A stretch of DNA of 64,000 nt from Entomortierella parvispora E1425 (GCA_020891255.1 BQFW01000015.1:1240001-1304000), one strand, 5' to 3'; shown: positions 12,620-25,440, counted from the stretch's first letter. Program-made: numbers and translations. Notes: generated by a model not told the origin, from the letters alone.

Positions 12620-13947
12620 ATGGCGCCTACTCCAGACCCAAGTGGGTCCAGCCCCAGCCTTCTCTCTCCCAACAAGGAGCAAGTGACGACCCTTTGGATC
12701 ATGTATGCAATCGAAGCAGGCCTGAAGATGTCCCTCGTCTTCATTGTTCCATTGGGCGCAATGTCGAATCGAATGACGACTGACTGTGGCAATGCAACCA
12801 AAAGAAACCCGCTCTGACGTCGTTCATTTTGTTCTCATTTTTTTCCCGCGCAGTGGAGGTTACATGATTGGTATCCTGGTCCTTTGGCAGATGCCTTTCC
12901 TCAAGCACTTGTTGTACCCATTCAAGGTGAGTTGAACTATCTCTTCCCCTCTCTTCTCCCTCCCCTCTTCTGCACCGCAAGAAGGGCGACGCGCATTTCC
13001 GCCCCTGTCTCTGGGCTGTTGCGGTGTCAGAACTAGATACTGTGCCAGAAATAACCTCGTCTTGGCAGAGATGCCCTGGCACAGCCCACCCCACCAGTCA
13101 TCTCCCAAAAGGAGGCGATGCCCTAATTAATTTGAAATGACCGCTGTTTATTAACCCGTCTTTTTTCTTTTCAACTACGTCCCTTTCCAGCTCGTTACAA
13201 TTGGCCTTCATGAGTTCGGTCACGCTTGTATGGCCTGTGTAAGTGGCGGAAAAGTAAAGTCGATTACAGTGGACCCAAATCTCGGTGGATTGACGACCTA
13301 TGTCGGCAACAGGAGGACGCAGTGCTTGGCTTTGCCCGCAGGATACTTGGGCAGTTCACTGCTTGGAGGTATCCTCGTCTTTTGTGGATTCAATATTACG
13401 GCGTCCAAAGGCGCTGCCATCATGTTGATCCTTTGTCTGGTGTTGACCATGTTTTGGGCTCGCAACTTGCTCGCGTTTGGTATCTGCTTCTTCTTTGCCG
13501 GTCTCGTTGGCCTCCTCTGGTGGCTCGACGGAGGCAAGTATCTCAAGTACTTTACGCTTTTCATTGGGTAAGAAGAGATGAACAGGGATATTACGGCCTT
13601 TTTTCTCGTTTGCAATGATCCCGTTTGGGGCGACCAAAAAAAATCTTTACGTATCATTTTCTTGACTTGAAAGCTCACATATACTCATTTTCGTCATTAG
13701 TGTCATGAGCTGTATCTACAGTATTCTGGAAATTCTGGACATGCTTGTGCTGCGAAAGTCGAACGGATCAGACGCAGAGCAGTTTGCTGAAAAGTACGGC
13801 ATCTTCCCAGCTCAAGGATGGGGATTTATCTGGCTCTTGGTGTCGTTGGTCTTCTTAGTGGGCGCCATCTTGGCTGGTATCGCGGCCTTTAAGGACAACG
13901 GTTCTGGATCATCGTCTGGAAACCCTTCATCAGCGGGCACGAATTAG
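12620..13947 (+). CDS. Peptidase M50B-like integral membrane protein, 259 aa; exons 12620-12702, 12854-12926, 13191-13567, 13701-13947
   Basis: Spliced protein ...LLYPFKLVTIGLHEFGHACMACVSGGKV..ITVDPNLGGLT...PAGYLGSSLLG...SNGSDAEQFAEKYG. HExxH lies in a TM context with several hydrophobic segments. Confidence 0.85.
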
Positions 13948-16900
13948 TTTATTTTGTCACGTTTTTCATTTTCATTTGTAAATATCGCAATCATTCACAG
14001 TCTAAATAAAATAGCACTTTTGCCATTCTCGCACATGGGACACCTCCTTGGAGGTCAGTAGGTGCGATCTGCAAGAATAGTGAGGGACAGGGAGCAAGAG
14101 GGTCTGCCGAGGTTCGGAGCTCCTGACGAGACCTCTAAGGTTTATTCCATTTTGGAGCGTGATCTTGCTCTGAAAGTCAATTGTGAACCTTGAGCGGCAG
14201 GGATGGAGGGACGGGCGTCATTGTCTTCCCCTCCCCTTCCTTTCCCCACTTTTTGCTCATTCTCGTTTCTTCTTTCTCTTTGTCGCCCACCCCACACTGT
14301 GTTTGTCAGGTGGGGAAGAAGCAATCCGCTTCATACTTTTAGCGTGTTTTTTTGTTCCTTGTTTTTGTTTTCTTGTGCCCCAGGAACCGACATTCCCCCC
14401 CTGAGTCTGGCTCTATCTTTCTCCTTCTCTTTCTCTCTCTATTCTCCGTTCCGATCACACGGTAATGCTATGGTTCCACTATCTATTGCAAGTGTGGTAA
14501 GCATTAAAGAACATGGCATGTGCTGAAGATTCTCTTTTTTTTTATTGCCCGTGGAGAGGGATGGCGAAGGGAGTCTAGTCTATGTCATTGATTTGTTGTT
14601 GCATTGCGGACGGCTCTCAAGGTCACTGCTGGATCGATCCAAACCGAAAGACAAAAAAAAAAAAAAAAAAAAAAGAGTGTATTGGGCGAAGAGAGAAAGT
14701 TTAGACCCTCTGGATGCTGGGCGTGATGGTTTCATTGGCGAGGGACCCGGCCAGGGACTAATTCACTTTTCTGATCGCCCAATAGACACCTTACCTTTGA
14801 ATCCCGCAATTATTATTGCCGCAAGCAACAGCAGCAGGAGATGAGGAACAAATGGTTGCCTGTTTGATGTACAGTAGATCTAGAGCCAAATGCCAGCAGC
14901 ATCACCAAAGGAGAGAAGACAACGAACGGGAGGAGAGAGAATGTGGCGGGTCGATCCAGCGCGGAGGTGAAGAAAAAAACATCATCCACATGAGTCGCAC
15001 AAAGAATCTCGTTTCTCTGTCTGTCTGTCTCTCTGTTGTCGACTCTGTCTCCTCTCTAAACAACAAGACAGCCAGGGTTCGGCAACCGTTCGCTCAGTCC
15101 AGAACAAAGATGTCATTGCTCCTTGGGTACTGGAGAGGGTACATCCTTGCTCATGATCTTGCACCTCTTGGAAAAATATACTTTCTCACGTTGTTCCCCC
15201 AAGGGGGGAGGATCAGGATGATCGTCTCTTTCATCTTTAGAGATGCCCTGATCTGCTGTACACCCTTTTAGTCCGAAAAAGCTTCATTCTCGCAGCACTA
15301 AAGGACGAGCAAAGTGGGATGCACAAAACAACAACCGTGATATCCAAACGCTGGCCGATTGTATTCAATTCTTCTTTGAGAGCAACTTCGATTGTTGTCA
15401 TATGTGTTGTTGTGAGAGGGGTCAATGCAAGTTCAACGGGAGCACAAAAAAAAAGGCACACACAACAAAAAAGAGGAATCATGCATCCAAAACCTTGGCT
15501 CTTCATACAAGATGTAAACCAGTCTGTTGGCAAAGCTGTGAAAGGGGACAAACAAAAGACGTTGCGCACTGTTGTCCCCCCCTCTCCCCCTCGCTCTTCC
15601 TCCTGTCCCCTGCCCTTGGAGACCGTTTTCCCTCCTAGCTGTTGATTGTTGGATTCACACAAGTCCGAGAGCGCCTTTTGTGTTGGGTTGGCTCATTTTC
15701 CCCTTCTCTGTCCGTCGCATCCCGCCGCCCTGCGTTTCTTTATTTTCGATCAACGGCCAAGGCTGCAGGTTGGGCAAAACCAAGTGGAGACCAAAGTGGA
15801 TTCGGATTGAATGAGCGATCCGGGTGTTCCTCTGTGGTACCCGGATATGCTGAAAAAGTACTCAGGCATGCCATGCTGACATATCGGATGCCATGCTGAC
15901 ATTTCGGGGACATTGGCAGATGAAAGAGTGAGAGGGTTGCTTTCAAACAGTGGCCAGAGACCCTCTGTGGAGCAGATCAAAGAGACTCTAGCTCGCGAGA
16001 AGGTTGAAAGGGACAGATGTGATGTGATCGGGTGGCAGGATAGAGTAATCCTTTTTTTTAATCGAGTAAAGCACCGATCCCATTGTAGTTCCTCCCTCAT
16101 TTCTCATAGATCCAACCAGTCAACGAAAGGAGACGCGTCGATCCAAAAAAACCCAAGGTGAAAAGGGGAGCAGGAGTAAGCAATCTAGAGCTCAATGGCT
16201 GGAATTAGAAATGCAGAAGGCAGTGAAAGGCAAGGCAAGGCAATGCAAACAGAGCCAAAGCGATGTTGTCTTTAAACAACAAACAACAAAGCAGCAACTG
16301 CCATGCACCCTCACCATCATCGCCATCATCATCATCACCAGCGTCCCTCATCTGTGGCAAAACATCGATGCCGTCGTTGTCCCGACCCTCTTGGAGAGAA
16401 AGGAGAGCGAGGGGGGGGGGGGGGGAGAGAGGCTCGTTCACGCACAGGACAAGAGACGAGACGAGAAATGAATGGTCGGAGCAGGCACTGACTGTAAAAG
16501 AGTTTGTCTTTCGACCCATCGTAAGTTTAGATCCACGGCGACACAAAAAGACGATAATTAGCACGAAGTCACCAGATCATTTCTTTTTTTCTATTTTATG
16601 TTCTTGTCAAACAGATCACACTGGACAGACTCTTCGGGTTTTTGTGAGGTTTATCACGACGTTTTTCTCTGGAGTGTGGTGGGAAAGAGCTACCTTCCTA
16701 GTTGCCATAGAACGGGGAGAGTGGTTTCCTGTGATAGGACTGGGGACATGTGGAGAGCAAGGGAGTGATCATCGTCCCAGCCAAGCCGGCCTGGCCAGCC
16801 AGTCGATCTGGCGGTCAGCCCCCCCCTCCAATGAGAAGGTCTCGCTTTGCCCCCACTTTCCCCCTACAGCCAACCAGGCCTGCCAGCCAACCCAGGTCGT

Positions 16901-17269
16901 ACCAGATCAGCTCAGTTTCCGTTCCTCCGTCCCTGCCTCGACTCGATTGGCCAGCAGCCGCGCAATGCCTTCATTCTATCCCCCTCTACAATTGCTTGCA
17001 ATGCGAGAAAAAGGGGAGGGAAGCAGACAGGAGGAAGAGGAACAATACGAAGGCGACATGAACCATGAGGGAAACAAGAGAAGAGAAGGAGCAGAACAAA
17101 AGAGGGGAACCATCTGATCTGATCTGCTTTTTTTTTTTTTTCTGTTTTTTTTTTTTTAGGCTGGCGAAATAGTCGATCCGTCCTGTCAGTGTTTGTCCTG
17201 TGTGGATCGAGGCATTGTGGCAGAGGAGTGGATCGGTGGGTTGGATGCTCGTCCCTTGAGGAGAGGAAA

Positions 17270-17470
17270 GAGAGAGAGAGGAGGTGGGGGAACGGAGAGA
17301 GAGAAAGGGAGAGAGAGAGAGAGAAAAAAGAGAAGAACGAGAAGGCAAAGGAAAAGGAAAGGGAGCACGTTGGCCGCTGTAGGAGCGAACCCTTTCGACA
17401 TCCTTCCTCCTCATCAGCATCATCATAATCAAGGCCATCATCATCATTATCATCATCATCATCATCATCG
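17270..17470. repeat. GA-rich and (CAT)n microsatellite cluster
   Basis: Runs of GAGAGA and CATCATCAT read directly; source of the poly-His/poly-Met ORFs. Confidence 0.85.
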
Positions 17471-18979
17471 ACGATGCCCCATCGTTGAGAGGGAGGTCAA
17501 TCGACGGCAGGACAAACACACCTCCAAACCACAAGAGAGCAATCATAATATAAAGAAGATCGAATCAGCTGTGGATGGCGAACGAACCCAACGTTGGGTC
17601 GCCACAGTGCTCTCGGTTCCTTTTCCTTGGCTGTTGGGCGGGTTTGGTCCACTCTCTTTCTTTCTTTCTTCTCCCTTTCTCCCTCCATTTGTTCACTTTC
17701 ACCACCTTCCACCTTTCTCTTTACTCTTGACTCTTACCATCCACCCCACCCCACCCTCGCTTCCTCATCCTGATCTGCCCAGATCTGACCTTGTCTAGTT
17801 CTCACTCGCACTCTTGCTTTCTCTTCCTCACTTCCTCTTCTCTTGCTCTCCCTTCCTCCCCTCACTCACTCGCTCAACTCGCTTCACTCACCGATCTGCT
17901 GTTCCTTTCACTGCATCTTGTCTACCCCCTACTTCCCCTACTTCCCCCATAACCCCCATATCCCCCTACTCTTTCTTTTTCTTTTATTGCTATCGCTGTT
18001 GCAGACAGGAAAAGAAAAATAGTCGAGAGCACTGATCTGTTCAATATTGGAATCGATCAAAACCTGCGGCGATTCTCCCTCGGACACCACCTCGACCAGG
18101 CGATATCAGCAACAACAACAGGACATTGCAACAGCAACAACAACAGCAACGACAAAAGCACCCCCTTGACAAGTCCACCCTGCAACAATCCGTCCTCTCG
18201 CTTTGGATTTGCACGCACCAACCACCCAGGCGCTTCTCTCTCCGACAGCATCATTTCAGTTCCCTCCAGCGCCAGCAACTCCAGGTAGGGCGCAAAAGAA
18301 AAGGAAAAAAAAAAAAAAAGAGCGCAGGGCGACACTCTGTGTGTGCGTGTGTGTGTGTGTGAGAGAGTGTTTGTATGTGGGTGTTATTTTTTTAAAGAGT
18401 CTTTGCCCATGGGACCATGCGACTTGGGAATGGAGCCAAAAACATGGACAGGAAGAGTGAACATTTCCCCTTTCCCTCCTCTCATTCGTTCATCCCCGCC
18501 GTCTTGAGTTTGGCCGTTGTCCAGTCCTTTTTTTTTTATTCTTTTTGTATATTATTGTGGCCGCAGTCCAACCCACAAAAGAGAGCCAGTGAACCTTGCT
18601 CTTGGAACAAGGAGGGAGGAACCGGCGCATTGCCACATGTCTCCCGGAGGGGTTGCCTTCTAGAGCTGCATCCGTTTGCGAGGTAGAAAGAAAAGACAAA
18701 AGAGAAACAAGCAGGGATCGAGGCTGACGACAGTCGAGCAGACAGATCAGATAGATCCGCAGACCAAGGGTTGGGGTGGATGGGGCTGTGGGTAGTAGCA
18801 GCCTCCCCCTCTTTTCTTTATTCCTGTTCTTTCCTCTCTTCCCACTCTTGTCCCCGTATCGATCGACCAGCGCACTGCTCTCGGCCGCTGGCTGGCCTGG
18901 CTTCTTCTTGGCCTGGCTCATCTTGCGTTTGCTTTTGCTTTGGCTTGCCTGCAGAGTTTTGCAGTATGCGAATCACACG

Positions 18980-19140
18980 TACACACACTCACACTCACAC
19001 TCACGCACACAGACATTTACACGCACGCACGCACGCACGCACTCTCTTTCTTCTTTCTGATCCGGTTCTCTTGCTCGTTTGTTCGTTTGTTCGTTCGTTT
19101 GTTCGTTCATCCCTCCGTTCATCCCTCCGTTCATTTGTCC
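18980..19140. repeat. Compound microsatellite (CA)n, (GCAC)n, (TTCG/TTTG)n and a duplicated CCGTTCATCCCT unit
   Basis: Read directly from the sequence. Confidence 0.85.
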
Positions 19141-19574
19141 TCTCCTCTGCCGTAATGAAACAGAGACCTGCTGTCTTGCCCCGAGCTTAAAGAAGCTCAG
19201 GGCGGCAATGTCGATATGTCGATGATGCGTCGATGCTGCTGTGCGTGTGTCTCTCTCCCCCCACACTTCTACATCCCTCTCCTCGCCGTCCTGTTCTCTG
19301 CCTTCTCCTCCTGTGGTCGACAGAGCAGCGGATCACGGCGATCGTTGTCTGCAACTGTGCGCACGACCAATGTGGTCCTTGTCCCCCTTCTCCGTCATTC
19401 ATTCATTTTCCGAGTGTTTGTTGTGGGTGGTCGTTGGGTTTGATGTTGTGCGTGCTTCGTCGTCCATGCACAAAGCGCCTCCTTGAAATGCACCTCACAG
19501 ACTGGGCACTAACCATTCTTGACGCCCCTTTCTATCTTTTGTCTGTTCTCGCCCCAGCACATAGGCGCCCAAAG

Positions 19575-22500
19575 ATGAACCAAGGCACCGTGGCCACCAT
19601 GGGCTCCGCCTCCATCTCCCCCGCGGCCAGCCCAAGCTCCAATTCCACCTCCAGTCATATATCTTCGTCAAGAATGAGACTGAGTCTCAGTCAACTCCAG
19701 AGCCTTGCCACCGATGGCAAAGTCAAGTTCACTCCTAAAGAGGTCGAGTTTTTCCAGTCAAAAGGGTACTTGCGTACAAACACCCCCCCTTCCTCCTCGG
19801 ATGGAACCACAGCCGCCAGTACCTCGTCCTCGTCGTCGTCGGCAGGCACCCTTGCCGCCTCTAGGGCGGGCAGCGTCCCCAGAACACCCATGACACCTGC
19901 AACCATCGCCTCCCCACTGGTCTCATCAAATAGCCAGGGAGCATTTGCCAAGCCGCCACTACCAGTAGCAGAGCGACTTGCACCCATGTCACCAGCTGCC
20001 ATGGCCCTCCTTCGACAGACTGCAGATTCATCCTCGCCCAGGACACCTGGTCGTGCGCGCGAGAACAAGCGGCCAAGCCAGAGCTTCTCGTCTCCAAAAC
20101 AGTCGTTGCCACCGTTCCACAACAAGGTCTTTGAGGACACGTGCTCCCACCTCCACCCCGAGACCCCTTCCAGCCCATCCATGACCGACTCGGATGATCT
20201 CCCTGGCTTCCGTCGCCACTCTGAAAGCTCGAGCCAATCCAGAGAAGTTCTAATTCAGACTGCGACGCGTCTCATGCAGTCCGTACCTGAGAATGCGCCA
20301 GTGCAATTCGACCCAGCACATCTTCGACGGGCCTCAATAGCGACTACAACACCGTTGGTGGAGACCCCATTAGGCACACACACCGTTCTCTATATCGCCT
20401 CCTCTCCTTCGCAGAATCTACTGTCGCTGCCCATTGCCAATCCACACCATCTAGGATTGACTGGCGGACGGCCTTTGGGCTCGCTTCCAACTCATACAGC
20501 GGCAATGAACAACTTCAAGTTCCCTGCAACATCAAGTGCTCCATCGGGGTCGCTGTCTCCTTCCCCCAGCGCTGCAAACGGCTCTGCCTCACCTACACTT
20601 GCTCGTACTAAGCGCAAGAGTGTCCCCAGGCGTTCTCCAAGTGGTGTAGAGTCTCAAGACCAAGCTCCCGGAGTCATCTTCCAGATCCCATTTGGAACGC
20701 CACCTATGCCATCTTCATCTCCCCGGAAGGCATCGACCTCTGCAGGAAGCTTTTCACCATCAATAGGCGAGGGCCAAATGGCTGGACAAGAGCTCACAAC
20801 GCCACCTTCTCCGGCGAGCCGAGCGGGTCTAGGTATTCAGTGCAACGATTCGTTCTCAGAGCCAGATGCCACGCATCCGTTTGAGCAAGCTCGTCCCTCT
20901 TCCTCCAATACGGGGACGAGGTCGCCCCACAAAGATGACTACTTTACAGACAAGACAGAGGTGATGGCTGTAGGCGATATTATTGTTGCTGCAGAGGAGA
21001 CAGCTGCTCGTCAGGCTGCAGTTGCTTTGCCTCCTTCCTCGCACAACGGCAGTGCCCAGGAGAGTATGCCCTCTCCTCCTCAGACCTCGACTGTTGTGTC
21101 CATGGAGGTGATGCAAAACCCCGGTCAAACTCCTGGACCCACTCCTTCGCCAAAGTTGGTTAATGGCTCGCAAGTGTTTTCTGTCAGCGATATGAAAGCA
21201 GAGATCAGGTACACGCGGTTTAAAATTTTCCTATCAAAGTCGATAACTCTGATGTCCCATTAACTCACCCATGAATCTGTCTACATAGCCAACAAAAACC
21301 TACAGAGGACAAGCCAGTTGAAAGAGTCGACTGTAAAACCGTGCCGATCAACTCGTGCGCTCAGTTCTTGCCCACGACTAATGAGCAAGGTCGTACATCC
21401 CGAGCCAGCTCTGCACCAACGCTTTCAATCTCGGCCGTTGTGTCCACGGAGCATGAGTCGGGGGATCAGGTGGATCAAAGAGATTTGCCACTTTGGGCCC
21501 AGCGTCAGAACCGTATCCGACGCCAGTCACTCCTTCCTCGGCCAGAATTGGACTTTGTCAGTGGATCGGGTATTTTGCCACCCGACAACAAGGATTTGAG
21601 TACGCGAGGAGGTGCCACCATCATCAGCTACCCAGTTTTGCTTTCGGACGTGATGCAAGTTCGTATTGACGAGATCGAGGCCAAGTTGGCCGCGGACGGA
21701 GCACTTTATCAGCAAGCCACAGAGGAGAATGAGTCTGTGGAGGCCGGTGCTTCTCCTTCTTCTGCCACGGCAGATCACTCAGTATCTGGTAGTGCATCAC
21801 ACAAGCGCAAGAAGGGAATCGCCAAGAAATCGGGAGGCTCATTGGCATTCGAAGATGTCGGTCTCTTTTCCGATTCTGAGCAGCGGGCAGGGCGCAGACT
21901 CAACAAGAGACGCCAGTCCAGAGCGTCGGTTACCCCAGAGGCCCCGGAGTCATCCGTCAATCCCGTGCGCGTGGTTCCAGAACGACATGGTGCCTCCATC
22001 TACCGTCGAGGAGAAAGACACCATCACCATTACAACAACGACCGACCCTCCTCATCGCCTTCTGCTTCGCCCTCTCCACCCGCACGACGTGGTCGCCAAA
22101 ACATGTTGGGATCGCCTGTCAAGCTCGGGAATGGATCCAACGGTGGGCAGTTTGACGATGACGACGATGTGCTCGACTACGAGAATGATGAATCTATCAT
22201 GGATCACGATGGTGGCGATGACTACGACGACAGCTATAAGGCACACAAGAACCGGCACCAAAGTGGAGATCGGTCCTCGCATGCTCGCCATGTCTTGGCC
22301 ATTCCCCCCGGAGAAGTTGATATTGCTATGCAGCTGACGCGTGATATGTTGAGCAGGCGCCGTCATCAGAGCAATGACCACGATAGTCACTTGAGATCCT
22401 TGCAGCCCCTCTTGGACGCCATCCAATCCGAGAACGACGGGGAGGTAGATGAGGACGAGTCCATGGAAGACGACGACGACGACGACAACGACGACGATCA

Positions 22501-23254
22501 TCTCATGGAGCGGTCCGAAGCCAAGAAGGGCAAGGGTGGAGCAAAGTCCAAGGTGGTATCTCACAAAAAAGGAGCGAGCAATTCGGCTATGGGGTCAACT
22601 GGTGCAAACCGTAAGCGAAAGTCGGATGAGCCACTTCAGAGATCACAGGCCAAGAAAGAGAAGACTGCGACCTCCACTAAAGGAAAGGCGACCAAGGCCA
22701 CAAAGAAGCGCAGTGACGTGGGTGCATCGCTGGAATCCCTCGCCACTGCCTCGATGCTCGTGGACCTTCATTCGAGCGGAGCTGGAGGCAAAGTCCTGGC
22801 CAATAATGGAGGGGAAGCGCGAAAGATCAAGAAGCCAAAGACTTTGAATGGACCCTTGGCCACTTCTTCAATGTCTGGCGTGAGTAAACCCAAGGCAAAG
22901 GTGCAGCACTCTGCTGGTGCTTCATCTCTGTCTGGTAACTCTGGCAGCAGTGATGACTCGCGCAAACACTGTGAAGCTTGCGGTGCCGAAGAAACTCCTT
23001 GCTGGAGACCTGGCTATGATGCCAACTCTGTACTGTGCAACTCGTGCGGTCTTCGCTACAAAAAATCGGGAGTGTACTGCACGGCCGTGGGATGCAAATA
23101 CATTCCTCTGAAGGCCGAGTTTGCCGCTATGGAGGAAGACCGCAAAAAGAATGGACGAGAGCACTTGCAGTGCTTCCAATGCCGTCAGCCTGTGGCGCCA
23201 CCTTCAACACCTCCCACTTCTTCCGCTGCCGCTGCCGTTGCAGCCACTTCATGA
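19575..23254 (+). CDS. GATA zinc-finger transcription factor of Ash1 type, about 1199 aa; exons 19575-21208, 21289-23254
   Basis: C-terminal CEACGAEETPCWRPGYDANSVLCNSCGLRYKK (CX2CX18CX2C) followed by C..VGCKYIP.K.E...CFQC. The long N-terminus is S/P-rich. Intron 21209-21288 joins the two long ORFs in frame. Confidence 0.85.
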
Positions 23255-23823
23255 GCTGGATGTTTTTTTTTTTTTAATATTTTAGTTGTACTTTTTTCTA
23301 TACCCTTTCTTTCTTATCGTTCTTTCTCTTCCCTTCTTCCTGCTCAGCCCTTCTTTGTTCTTTTAGCCTGTAATACCATTTCTTAAAAAGTTTTTTTCTT
23401 TTCATCTTTTCATCTTTTTAATTGTTTCAATGATGAGAGGAGCGAACAATCGACTTGATGTTCTGCATTCTTCTGCCTACTTTTCAATCTTTCTTTGGGA
23501 TTTATTTCCCCTCACCCACTCACTCCCCACTCTTCCCCTTTCTTATTTCTTACCAACCTTCTTGCCTTCAATGGGTTGATGCCCCACCCTTTCGCTTCCT
23601 TTGCGGAGGGTTTTCTTTACAACATGGATTATGACAATAAATGTGATTTTTGGTCGATATCTGTGGGTTGGAAGGGTGATGTGGATCTCCACTGGAGCAC
23701 AGAGGACGCGTCGACGTGTCATTTTTGTGCTGCGGTTTTGCTCCTTGATTCTCTCGCTCGCCCTCAATGGGCATTGTCGCTCATTTCTCTTTCCATCCAT
23801 TTTTCTCATTCCTTCCAAACGAC

Positions 23824-25440
23824 ATGCCAGCTCAACATCCATTGGACCTTCCGGAAATAAGGGACTCCCTAGCACGGTTCTTGACTCGACGCGAGCTTGC
23901 CCTTTGTTGTCGAGTCTCACACGAATGGCGCCAGAGCTTTGAGCCCTTTGTCTGGAAAGAGCTCATGATCAACAACAAGGGACCTAGAGAAGCCCTCTAC
24001 GCAGTCTCTGTAGATGCTCTCCAGCTGCACTCAGCGTATGTCCAGAGCTTGATCTTTAGCGGTGTGGAGAAAAAGCCCTACTTGAAATCCCTGACCCTGC
24101 CCAATCTGAGGAAACTCAAGTTTTTCTCCGCTGCGTCGCAAGAGGACCACAGGGGAGACGACCAGTTGGAGTTTGTGCTCCAGTGCAGAAAGAGTCTCCG
24201 GTCCCTCACCGTTATTCACGGTTGGAATGACTCGACGCCGGTCTTGGAGGCCGCCCACGCCTGCCCGTCCCTGATGTCGTTGACGCTCGTCGGGACCGGT
24301 TTCGCGAGGCCGCGGCATTTTCAAAGATACTGGGTAGGACTTTGGTCTAGGTTGACACGTCTCAGCCTCAGGGCGTTTGACTTTTGTCCTTTTTCCAACC
24401 CTGCTGGCAATGGTCTTGCTGGCCTTGTTGGCCACGTCAACAGTGGGAATGGCGAGGAGAGCGACAGCGACGAAGATCCAAGAGAACCGATCGGAGCCTC
24501 CTTTTTTGAAGGTTTGAAGGGGACCTTGGGCCATATCAAGGTGCTGGAGCTGATCCAACTGCATGGTTTAGAGGACGATCTCTTGTTTTTGAAGTTATGT
24601 CCAAATCTCGAGACCTTGGTCTGGAAGCCTCTTTTGTTGCATCGAGGACTGGAGCATTTAACAAACCAAGCAAAATGTTGCCCCAAGCTCGCTCGTTTCC
24701 ACTCGACCATTACCTTGGGCGATGATGACCACACAGTGGCCCGGTTTATAGAGTCTAGGTCATGCGCATCCACCGTCCCCTTTTGGACGATTGACCTGCA
24801 AGTCAATTGGCTTTCAGAGGCCGCATGGGAACTCTTGAAACAGCCTTCTAACCGTCATCATTTGCTGACGTTGAGGGCCCTGGATCTGAAGCACCTATTA
24901 TTGTCTACACCGGACAATGTCATTCAGGAGGTCTTGTGCTCTCTTCCCAACCTGGAAGATTTTAAGGCTGTGAGACTCCGGGAGGAATATATTGTTTGGG
25001 ACCCTCGACCGTGGATCTGCACAAGACTCTATCGATTGGTCCTTGAGATTGTTCCGTCTCTTGGCTCTTCTGCACAGACCATGCTCTTGGAGCGGATCTC
25101 TGGATTGAGGAGTTTGCAGACGCTGGACCTCAGTGGCCCTTATTGGGCGAGCAATGAGCGTTCGATCCAAGCGCTGATTTTTCGACTGGACTGTGGGTTG
25201 GATCTGTTGAGGTCATTGCACAACTTGGTCCAGTTGGAGCTCGGGTGCAAGATCCAAGATTGGAGAGAGAAGGATGTAGAGTGGATGCTGGAACATTGGC
25301 CAAGGTTGCGGAAATTGAAGGCTGTTTGTCATCGGAATTCTCAAAAGAACAAGGCGCTGCAGCAAATGTTGGTGGATGGAGGGGTGAACCTTCCGGGAGA
25401 TACTTCTGTCAGAATCATTGGTTTTGACCAGGAAGTATGA
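23824..25440 (+). CDS. F-box/LRR-type protein, 538 aa, intronless
   Basis: MPAQHPLDLPEIRDSLARFLTRRELALCCRVSHEWRQSFEPFVW (F-box), LRR-like repeats, and PRPWICTRL / LRLDCGLDLLRSLHNLVQL-type C-terminal motifs with WMLEHWPRL. Confidence 0.9.
   Translation: MPAQHPLDLPEIRDSLARFLTRRELALCCRVSHEWRQSFEPFVWKELMINNKGPREALYAVSVDALQLHSAYVQSLIFSGVEKKPYLKSLTLPNLRKLKFFSAASQEDHRGDDQLEFVLQCRKSLRSLTVIHGWNDSTPVLEAAHACPSLMSLTLVGTGFARPRHFQRYWVGLWSRLTRLSLRAFDFCPFSNPAGNGLAGLVGHVNSGNGEESDSDEDPREPIGASFFEGLKGTLGHIKVLELIQLHGLEDDLLFLKLCPNLETLVWKPLLLHRGLEHLTNQAKCCPKLARFHSTITLGDDDHTVARFIESRSCASTVPFWTIDLQVNWLSEAAWELLKQPSNRHHLLTLRALDLKHLLLSTPDNVIQEVLCSLPNLEDFKAVRLREEYIVWDPRPWICTRLYRLVLEIVPSLGSSAQTMLLERISGLRSLQTLDLSGPYWASNERSIQALIFRLDCGLDLLRSLHNLVQLELGCKIQDWREKDVEWMLEHWPRLRKLKAVCHRNSQKNKALQQMLVDGGVNLPGDTSVRIIGFDQEV

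Noticed and set aside
14142-19486. Dozens of short ORFs with poly-His, poly-Met, poly-Gln or RE runs
   Set aside because: Translations of microsatellites (CAT, CAA, GA, GT), present in several frames at once.
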